Below are positions 27,234 to 34,518 of a stretch of DNA of 64,000 bases, piece after piece. The stretch lies in the IMG/VR virus record IMGVR_UViG_3300007770_000003. One strand, written 5' to 3'. The notes beneath the pieces are model-generated. The model saw nothing but the letters and a program-made list of their open reading frames with translations, did not search any database and had not been told where the DNA came from. Made by a program: the position numbers and the translations under genes. The DNA comes from an uncultured virus (IMG/VR IMGVR_UViG_3300007770_000003). Lineage: Duplodnaviria; Heunggongvirae; Uroviricota; Caudoviricetes. The first letter of the stretch is position 1, and each line of letters starts with the position of its first letter.

Positions 27234-27551
27234 ATGAAGCGATTCCCGATCACCGTCACCGTCGATCCCACCCGCCCCAGCGTGGTGCTCTTTACGACCC
27301 CCGAGAGTGAGGGGGAGATGGGTATCGGGGCCGCCGCGACGGAAGAGCAATACGACCACATCACGGACGAGCTGGCGAGCAAGCTCCACGAGGATTGGGA
27401 TCTGGGGCGGCACGGAGATGAGATCGTCATCTCCTTTCCCAACGGGGAAACTCAGACTCGCACGCTGGGCGAGGTCTTTGATGACTCCTGGGTGGATGAC
27501 TTCTACGCCCGTCAGGAGCAGAGCCCCGAAGAGTTTTTCGAGGCGTGCTGA
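27234..27551 (+). CDS. Small acidic protein overlapping the cas3 start
   Basis: 105 aa; GGAGG RBS; promoter motif upstream; 7-nt overlap with cas3. Confidence 0.7.
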   Translation: MKRFPITVTVDPTRPSVVLFTTPESEGEMGIGAAATEEQYDHITDELASKLHEDWDLGRHGDEIVISFPNGETQTRTLGEVFDDSWVDDFYARQEQSPEEFFEAC

Positions 27552-29953
27552 GTCCTGTCGAAGACTATCTGAGTCGGCGTCCACTCCTCGCCAAGTGGCG
27601 ACGAGAACGAGAGGACTTCAGCCCCGGACGGGGGTTCAACTTCGTTTGGCACTACAAGGAAGTCCTGTGGGCCCTCGGAGTGCTGTTCACCGAGCCCTAT
27701 TGGGCTGAGAGGGAGTATCCCTCCCTCGCCCATGCTGTCCACGCCAGGATGGAGTTGCCGTGCTCCTTCCGAGACTTCAAAGCGTGGACGCTCCTCTCCC
27801 TGCTCGGTCACGACTTCGGGAAGGCAGGGGGAGAGTTTCAAGAGATGCTGGTCGGGCTGGAGCTGGCCTACAAGAGCTTCAGGGGCCCTGAGGGCGGGTT
27901 CAAGCTTCCAGAAGAGGAGCGGCGGTACCTCCGCCTGAAAAGACGGATGAGCGGCTACAGGAAGCACGTACAGGCATACCGGCACGAGCTACTGTCCGCC
28001 CTCATGATGAATCAAGAGCCCCTCCGGTCCTGGGTGGTTCAAATCGCGGGTGGAGAGCAAGGCTTCGCCTACGCCCTGGCCGGGGCGTTCGGGCATCACC
28101 TCAAGTGCCACCGGCCGATCAGCACCCAAGAGATCCTGGCCCGCGGGAGATACAAGACGCTCCCGGTCTACCAGGACAAGCTCGCCCGTGACATGAACAC
28201 GGTCCTCCGCAGCTTGCCTGAAGGATTCCGAGACCTCGCGGTGCCGGCCTTCCCCGATCTCCCACACCTGCCGGGCGGGAACCATTTCACGACCCCCAGG
28301 CGACTGGAGCAGGGGCTCCAGTCGATATCAGTAAACGACCTCTTCTATCGGATCGAGGATGACCCGATCTCCGGGGCGATCAAGTGGCTGACGATCCTGG
28401 CGGATACCCTGGGATCAATCCACGCCTCCGGGGATGATCGGTCCTATCGGAAAACGAAAGACGCCATCCTGAGCGTCATTCGCGAGACCTGGGCCACGCG
28501 AGAAGTGGACTTCGGAGCCATCCTCCGACAGAGGCTAGGCCCAGAGGGGAGCCTGACCCCCACTCAGAAAAACTGTCTCCGACCAGGGAGAGACCTCTTC
28601 CTCCCCTGGGCGACAGGGGTCGGGAAGACCCTGGGGGCTCTGCAATGGGGCTCGGGTCACCCGAAAAACCCCATGATCTTCTGCACCCCCACGATGGATA
28701 TCGGAACCCACCACTTCCTCGACTACGCCCGAAAAGGGATGGACACCCTACGGCACTCCCGAGCAGGGGAGGTGCTGCTCAAATACACCCCCACCCCTGA
28801 AGACAACTCCCAAGAAGAAGCGGACGCCAGGAGGGAAGCTCGGGACACCCTCCACCGAATTCGACAGGGATCACGAGACCTCACCTTCGCCACCATCGAT
28901 CAGGTGCTCGGGCTCATCGCCTTCCGACGCTCCGCGATTGCCTACCTCCCCTGGATCTTGAAGAGCCAGATCGTCTTCGATGAAGTGGAGAACTATGACC
29001 CCGTCACCCGGGCATGGCTGATTCGATTTCTCAACTGGTTCCCCCAGAACCGCAAGGCGTTTCTCTCAGCCACCTTCCCCGAATACCTGCTCGACCGACT
29101 CCGGCCCACCCTGCGAGCCCCCACCATCATGGGATCATCTACGAACCCTGACCGGGCCTCCAACAAACCGCGATACCGAATCCACATCCTCAAAGGTCCG
29201 AAAGAGGCCTTCCAGCAATTCCACGCCGGGACCCTCTGGTTCACCAACACCGTCGCCCGCTGCCAGCAGGTCGGGATCACGGCACCCGACGCCCTCGTCT
29301 ACCACAGCCGCTTCCGAGACCGGGATCGCAGAGGGATCAGCGATAGGATCAAACAGGATCTCCTCAACAAAAGACGGGTCACGACGACCCAGGTTGCCGA
29401 GGTAGCTCGGGATATATCAGCTCTCTCCTTGCTTTCTGAGATTTCCACACCCAGCTCCATGACGCAGAGGCTCGGTCGTTCTAATCGGCACGACTTCACG
29501 GGACCCGTGGACGTCTTTTTCTACATGCCCCAGGCAGACAACGGGCTCCCCTACGTCGCTCACGACGACTGGCTCCCCACATTCAACCTCTGGAGAGGCT
29601 GGATAGGACAATTCGACGGGCTCGCTGTCTCCCAAGACGAACTCAACGAAGCACTGCTGGATTTCTACAGAGATCCAAGGAACTTCCCACGTCAGCGCGA
29701 CGCATTTTCCAGTCTCCTGGTGACCTCAAATCGACGGATCCGAGACGCCGACTACACCACCCGAGTCCTGCTCCCGGAAGACGCCCAGAAGCTACCGGAT
29801 CACGAGGAAACCAAACACCTCACCATCCCCATTCTGCTCCGACCAGACCAGAAGACCTACCTGGAAACCCTCGGCCGGACGCACAGAAAAATTCTGGTCG
29901 TCGATTCCTCTATTGGAACCTACGATATCAGGCTTGGTTTTCTACCTTCCTGA
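27545..29953 (+). CDS. cas3: Cas3 HD nuclease-helicase
   Basis: HD domain: GHDFGK..FQ, RHE, GHH, LADTLGS. SF2 motifs: ATGVGKT, FDEVE, SAT, FTNTV, YHSRF, QRLGRSNR. Confidence 0.92.
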   Translation: MLSPVEDYLSRRPLLAKWRREREDFSPGRGFNFVWHYKEVLWALGVLFTEPYWAEREYPSLAHAVHARMELPCSFRDFKAWTLLSLLGHDFGKAGGEFQEMLVGLELAYKSFRGPEGGFKLPEEERRYLRLKRRMSGYRKHVQAYRHELLSALMMNQEPLRSWVVQIAGGEQGFAYALAGAFGHHLKCHRPISTQEILARGRYKTLPVYQDKLARDMNTVLRSLPEGFRDLAVPAFPDLPHLPGGNHFTTPRRLEQGLQSISVNDLFYRIEDDPISGAIKWLTILADTLGSIHASGDDRSYRKTKDAILSVIRETWATREVDFGAILRQRLGPEGSLTPTQKNCLRPGRDLFLPWATGVGKTLGALQWGSGHPKNPMIFCTPTMDIGTHHFLDYARKGMDTLRHSRAGEVLLKYTPTPEDNSQEEADARREARDTLHRIRQGSRDLTFATIDQVLGLIAFRRSAIAYLPWILKSQIVFDEVENYDPVTRAWLIRFLNWFPQNRKAFLSATFPEYLLDRLRPTLRAPTIMGSSTNPDRASNKPRYRIHILKGPKEAFQQFHAGTLWFTNTVARCQQVGITAPDALVYHSRFRDRDRRGISDRIKQDLLNKRRVTTTQVAEVARDISALSLLSEISTPSSMTQRLGRSNRHDFTGPVDVFFYMPQADNGLPYVAHDDWLPTFNLWRGWIGQFDGLAVSQDELNEALLDFYRDPRNFPRQRDAFSSLLVTSNRRIRDADYTTRVLLPEDAQKLPDHEETKHLTIPILLRPDQKTYLETLGRTHRKILVVDSSIGTYDIRLGFLPS

Positions 29954-30029
29954 AAAAGTTTCCCTACGAGGCTACCCATAAAACAGAAATTACGGTATCA
30001 ACAGGGGCACCCAGAGAGGACACCTCTTG

Positions 30030-31712
30030 ATGAACCGATGGCTCCTGAAGCTCTCCGAGCTTTCGTCCACCCCTCTTCGCCTTGGGCTCCACGGACTCGC
30101 CCGACTGCTGAGTCAGTGCGAAGGCAACCCCATGTACCCCGCCGTCCGCCAGTCGGAGGATCTCCAGTGGTCGTTCCTGGACGATGAGACCCTGGACCTC
30201 CGCTTCAAGGATATCGACAGCCTCAACCCTCTGATCGCGGACATGGTGGGCGACATGTCCACGGGCCTCCGCGTCCCCCCGGGAGCCGAGACGAACCGGG
30301 AAAACCCCGGCATCTACATGACGATCCGAGCCCACCTGGGGCTCGGGTACTTCCAGGGGCGAAAGGGACCTACCCGATCTGTCTCCCTGACCCCAGGGAC
30401 CACCCCGGCAGCCAAGCAACAGAAGGCGGCCCTCCTCGCCGCTCACGTCCAGAAGTTCGGAGAGCCGATCCGCAAGGCGGACTGCGTCAAGAGGGCAGAC
30501 GGCACCCCCTACGAGCTGGCCGTAACCCCCCACACGACGGGGAAGCCCGCGGTCCTCAAGTGGAAGGACACCAAGCGAAAGGGCCGGATCCCGGTCGATC
30601 GATACACCGGATCGACCTATTCCCACCCCATCCTGGGCCAGTGGAACAAGGAAGCCCTGAAGTTGACCCTTCAGGAATACTTCCTGACTTCGTTCTCCTG
30701 CCTCGCCTACGTCTGGACAATGAGCGACTGCGACGCCGTAGGGATCGGGCTCGATCTCCCAACGTTCTCCCAGGCTGAAGAGGCGTTCCGCCACTGGAAC
30801 GGAGACCAGGGCAAGGTCCATCGGATCGCAGGAGCCCGAGAAGCTGTCTGCTGGACGATGGCGGCAGTGATGAACCTGCCGCGGCAGCCCTACCCCTACC
30901 TCTACAAGACCGATGGGGGGAAGGTCGCGGCGGGGTCCTTCCTGCCCCACGCCGCGAAGGTGGAGAACAACCAGATCTACCAGATGCTCCGGGACCTCTT
31001 GGAGTTCAGCGCAGGGGCGGGAAACGACATGCTCCGCTCTATGAAGAGCACCCCCATCCGGACACTGTCCCCCACACGGAATGACACGCTCCACGACGTG
31101 ATTTTCAACAACCTTCGGGTCGGCCTGCCCTGGTTCATGGGCGTCGCTGACGGCATGACCAACGACCGGTACCGCTACAGCCCCAAGATGAAGTCCTTCG
31201 TGGGCTTCAACGAACGCGACCGCGCCCGCATCCAGCAGGTCGGTCACCACCTGTTCCCCGACAACGAGGAAGGACTCATGCAGCGAATCATCGCCGCGAA
31301 GATGAAGACCCTGTACTACCAGCTCGCCCAGCACTACCGGAAGAAGTTCGGCACGAAGCAGAGGATGTGGGAGCGGGCGAAGCAGTTCGCCGTAGCCGTC
31401 CACCTCAACCGGGCTCACAACAAGGCCGGCATCCTCGCCGCCATCAACGCCATCTCCAACGAGGCTGGCGGGAGCCTCCGCCTCACCGGGGAAGAGTTCG
31501 ACTGGCTGATCGCCGCCCTCGACCGCAACCCCACCGAGATCCAGCAGCTCCTCATCCTGTCCTGCGACGTGGACTTCCGCTCCCCGGCGATGCGGAAGGC
31601 GGACGACGCCAAGAGGGAGAAGGCCCGCCTCCTCAAGGAGCGAGAGGCCGGTCGCCTCTGCCTCGACTGCGGGGAAGATCTGGACAGCCACCAGAACAGC
31701 GAAGCCGCCTGA
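30030..31712 (+). CDS. cas8: Cas8 large subunit (Cmx8/MYXAN-like)
   Basis: Sits between cas3 and cas7. N-terminal LRLGLHGLARLL resembles the xRxGLxGL start of Cmx8; helical C-terminus. Confidence 0.8.
   Translation: MNRWLLKLSELSSTPLRLGLHGLARLLSQCEGNPMYPAVRQSEDLQWSFLDDETLDLRFKDIDSLNPLIADMVGDMSTGLRVPPGAETNRENPGIYMTIRAHLGLGYFQGRKGPTRSVSLTPGTTPAAKQQKAALLAAHVQKFGEPIRKADCVKRADGTPYELAVTPHTTGKPAVLKWKDTKRKGRIPVDRYTGSTYSHPILGQWNKEALKLTLQEYFLTSFSCLAYVWTMSDCDAVGIGLDLPTFSQAEEAFRHWNGDQGKVHRIAGAREAVCWTMAAVMNLPRQPYPYLYKTDGGKVAAGSFLPHAAKVENNQIYQMLRDLLEFSAGAGNDMLRSMKSTPIRTLSPTRNDTLHDVIFNNLRVGLPWFMGVADGMTNDRYRYSPKMKSFVGFNERDRARIQQVGHHLFPDNEEGLMQRIIAAKMKTLYYQLAQHYRKKFGTKQRMWERAKQFAVAVHLNRAHNKAGILAAINAISNEAGGSLRLTGEEFDWLIAALDRNPTEIQQLLILSCDVDFRSPAMRKADDAKREKARLLKEREAGRLCLDCGEDLDSHQNSEAA
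31278..31712 (+). CDS. Putative internally translated Cas11 small subunit
   Basis: In-frame ATG inside cas8 preceded by GAGGAAGGA; would give a 144-aa helical product. Internal Cas11 starts are established for type I-B/C/D. Confidence 0.4.
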   Translation: MQRIIAAKMKTLYYQLAQHYRKKFGTKQRMWERAKQFAVAVHLNRAHNKAGILAAINAISNEAGGSLRLTGEEFDWLIAALDRNPTEIQQLLILSCDVDFRSPAMRKADDAKREKARLLKEREAGRLCLDCGEDLDSHQNSEAA

Positions 31713-31745
31713 CAACCAACCAGCAACCAACCAGCAACCAACCAG
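31713..31745. repeat. Tandem repeat (CAACCAACCAG)x3
   Basis: Three exact 11-bp units fill most of the cas8-cas7 gap. Confidence 0.95.
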
Positions 31746-31753
31746 AGACCACA

Positions 31754-32647
31754 ATGTACCTGACTCTCCTCGCCATCTCTGAGCCCCTGCTCGCCTCCAA
31801 CAACCGCGGTGAGAACCGCGGCAACCTCCAGACCGTCCAGACGATCACCTGCCGGAACCAGACCCGGACTGTCCTCTCCGGCCCGGCGATCAAGTTCGCC
31901 GTCCGCCACTCCATGCAGGACGGGGGCTGCCGTATGTGGCGGAACATCGTCCCCGTCACCGATCTGAACCCCGTGGGGTTCGTCTACGGCGAAAACCGGG
32001 CGAGCACCATGAAGGAAGCCATCCCGCCCACCCCCGAGGGGTTCGACGACGGCATCTTCGGCTGGATGATCTCCAGCAAGGGTTCCTCCGAGCACGCCAT
32101 GAAGGCCAAGGGCCTCGTGGAGGTGTCGGACGCCATCTCCTGCTCCGCCTTCGACAACAACATCGCCTTCTGCCAGGGGCACAAGGCCGGGGCGACCGTC
32201 TACGAGAACGACGAGGACGACGGCGGCAACCGGAAGAAGAAGGACACCACCCCGAAGCCCTCCCTCGCCCCCTTCCACTTTGAGCGGCACTGGACCCGCT
32301 ACGCCTTCACCATGACCTTCAACCTCGCCCGCCTCAAGGGCATGGGCGACGCCGTGGAGGCGGTCATCAACTCCCTCCGCTGCCTCCAGGTCGGGGGAGC
32401 CCACAGCTCCCGGTCGGCTTCCATGATCTGCAACACGATCGCCTGGAGGTTCCACAAGTCCCCCGGACAGGGAGGGATGGGCCTGATCCTCGACCAGCAG
32501 CCCGACACCCCCGTGGACCTCTCCGCCCTGGAGGCCCGCGCAGCCAACCTGGGGATCTCCTACAACGTCGCCGGCATGGGTCTGGACCAGACCGTCCACG
32601 ACGGGATCGCCTCGATCCTCTCCGAGATCCGCGGGAAGATGGGATGA
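31754..32647 (+). CDS. cas7: Cas7 (DevR-like)
   Basis: ASNNRGENRGNLQTVQ, VLSGPAIKFAVR, DDGIFGWM, VEVSDAIS and ERHWTRY, as in DevR/Cas7 MYXAN. Start refined to ATG 31754. Confidence 0.92.
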   Translation: MYLTLLAISEPLLASNNRGENRGNLQTVQTITCRNQTRTVLSGPAIKFAVRHSMQDGGCRMWRNIVPVTDLNPVGFVYGENRASTMKEAIPPTPEGFDDGIFGWMISSKGSSEHAMKAKGLVEVSDAISCSAFDNNIAFCQGHKAGATVYENDEDDGGNRKKKDTTPKPSLAPFHFERHWTRYAFTMTFNLARLKGMGDAVEAVINSLRCLQVGGAHSSRSASMICNTIAWRFHKSPGQGGMGLILDQQPDTPVDLSALEARAANLGISYNVAGMGLDQTVHDGIASILSEIRGKMG

Positions 32648-33237
32648 TTACCCTCAGGATCGACTCCATCTCCGGACACTTCCGGATTCCGGGCCAGATC
32701 CCCCTCCTCGCCCTGGTCCCCTCCTACCCCTTCTGCCCCCCCTCCACCATGCAGGGGTGCCTGGAAGCCTTCACAGCCTCCCGGAAGGGCTCCTTCCGAG
32801 GTGAGTTCCGCTACGGGGCGTTCCGCCCCCCAGGCGGATGGGGGACCCTCCTCCGTCAGGCCCAGATCTGGGCGAGCAAGAAGAAGGACCAGCAGAGGGC
32901 CCCGAACGACTACGAAGTCATGAGGCCCGTCCACGTCGAGAAGTGGTACGACCTCTCCCACTGCGTCCAGGTCCGCGGCCCCTGGGAAGACAAGATCCGA
33001 GAGACCCTGGAGAAGGGCCGAGACGACTTCTTCGGCGTCCTCTATCTCGGAGAGAGCCAGGATCTCATCACCTGGATCGGAGAGACCGACGACCCCCTGG
33101 ACAAGGTCCAGTGGCTCGTCCCCGGAAGCCAGATGCAGCTCCCTGTCAAGACCCTCTACGGCTACCGGAACTACGGACCCACCCTCAAAGGGTTCGACCT
33201 CCGGATCACCAAGAACCCCGCATGGATGACCCGATGA
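32644..33237 (+). CDS. cas5: Cas5 (DevS-like)
   Basis: HFRIP, SYPFCPPSTMQGCL and LYLGESQDLI motifs; ATGA-coupled to cas7. Confidence 0.9.
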   Translation: MITLRIDSISGHFRIPGQIPLLALVPSYPFCPPSTMQGCLEAFTASRKGSFRGEFRYGAFRPPGGWGTLLRQAQIWASKKKDQQRAPNDYEVMRPVHVEKWYDLSHCVQVRGPWEDKIRETLEKGRDDFFGVLYLGESQDLITWIGETDDPLDKVQWLVPGSQMQLPVKTLYGYRNYGPTLKGFDLRITKNPAWMTR

Positions 33238-33824
33238 CCGCTTACTCCTACGCGATCGAGTCCCGGGCGAAGCTGCCCCAGGACAACGGCTACATCATCA
33301 TGTCCGCCCTCTGCCGGAAGTTCCCCTTCCTCCACGCCCGGGGGCACTACCAGATCGCCCCCGTCCGCGGAACCAGGAGGGACCACGGCAGGTCCATCCA
33401 GCTCGATCACAACTCCGTCCTCCACATCCGGGGCCTCCCGGCTGAGGCCGCGGAGGCGATCGGCAGCTCATGGATCCTCGCCAGCGGACAGATGATCGGG
33501 CTGGGGAAGGCCGTCCCCGTCACCCTCACCCCCTCCCCGCACCTCGTCTCGCGACAGGTCGTGTTCGACAACATCGTCAACGAGGCCAAGTTTCGGGAGG
33601 AAGTCCAGCAGATCGTGGGCCCCGAGGTCCAGGTCTCCACCGGACGACGCCGCGGGCTCCACTGCAAGGGCAGGGTCTTCCTGGGCTACTCCGTCACCCT
33701 CGCCGGGCTCACCCCCGAACAGTCCCTCCACATCCAGAACACCGGGATCGGACGGTTCCGGTCAATGGGAGCCGGTGTCTTCTACCCAGGCTCCGGCCGG
33801 ATGAGGCTCGTCGCGAATAGCTAG
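33234..33824 (+). CDS. cas6: Cas6 (Cmx6-like) crRNA endoribonuclease
   Basis: LPQDNGY..SAL near the N-terminus and a Gly-rich loop QNTGIGRFRSMGAGVF at the C-terminus. Start refined to ATG 33234. Confidence 0.9.
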   Translation: MTAYSYAIESRAKLPQDNGYIIMSALCRKFPFLHARGHYQIAPVRGTRRDHGRSIQLDHNSVLHIRGLPAEAAEAIGSSWILASGQMIGLGKAVPVTLTPSPHLVSRQVVFDNIVNEAKFREEVQQIVGPEVQVSTGRRRGLHCKGRVFLGYSVTLAGLTPEQSLHIQNTGIGRFRSMGAGVFYPGSGRMRLVANS

Positions 33825-34024
33825 CCCACCCCAAGCGAGCGGACCAGAGACGGCAAAACCCCCAGGCCCGCTCGCGTGAACCTGAAGACCCCGAAAATCT
33901 TCAGAAACCCCGTTCATTGAAAGCCCCAGAGTCTTCCACAACCTGTGGATAACCCTGTGCATAATCGAACCGCTCGAAAACCACTCTCTCGATCCGCTAT
34001 TTAAGCGGATCGAGAGAGGAAAGG
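33825..34024 (+). promoter_or_regulatory. CRISPR leader 2
   Basis: Homologous to leader 1; lies between cas6 and the first repeat. Confidence 0.85.
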
Positions 34025-34439
34025 GTCTCAATACCTGCCTACCCCTAGAGGGATGGCAACACCTCTCCACCGTCTATGAGAAGAACGCCAACCCCGAGTC
34101 TCAATACCTGCCTACCCCTAGAGGGATGGCAACACTTCTACTTTGACGCTGCTTCGGATGCCCTGGATGGACGTCTCAATACCTGCCTACCCCTAGAGGG
34201 ATGGCAACGCAAACACGGCTTTCAGCGATGGGAGCACGGACGTGACGATGTCTCAATACCTGCCTACCCCTAGAGGGATGGCAACGCCCAGCTCCGTCAT
34301 CTTGCCGATGAGGGCAGCCGCTCTGTCTCAATACCTGCCTACCCCTAGAGGGATGGCAACAAACAGACAGGGGAGTGGGCCGACATGAACATTGGAGGTC
34401 TCAATACCTGCCTACCTCTTCGGAGGATGGAAAGGCAAC
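34025..34439 (+). CRISPR. CRISPR array 2: five perfect 36-bp repeats plus one degenerate repeat, five spacers
   Basis: Repeat GTCTCAATACCTGCCTACCCCTAGAGGGATGGCAAC at 34025, 34098, 34173, 34250 and 34325; degenerate copy at 34398. Spacers are 37, 39, 41, 39 and 37 bp. Confidence 0.98.
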
Positions 34440-34466
34440 GGCTTCACAAAAACATCGAAGAAAGAG

Positions 34467-34493
34467 GGTAAGTTTCCGGTCCTGGCTCGTATT
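34467..34493 (+). promoter_or_regulatory. Class I promoter-like motif
   Basis: GTAAG-N15-CGTATT upstream of the PARP gene. Confidence 0.65.
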
Positions 34494-34518
34494 TCAGGGG
34501 GCATACGGGAGATAAGAA

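Noticed and set aside
34061..34097. Self-targeting of cas7 by array 2 spacer 1 (ACCGTCTATGAGAAGAAC versus ACCGTCTACGAGAACGAC near 32195)
   Set aside because: Only an 18-nt core with 3 mismatches. The 5' seed and 3' end do not match, so it is compatible with chance.
34361..34397. Array 2 spacer 5 (reads KQTGEW) resembling KQTGQW in gene 61107-61808
   Set aside because: Similarity covers six codons with several mismatches and stops there.
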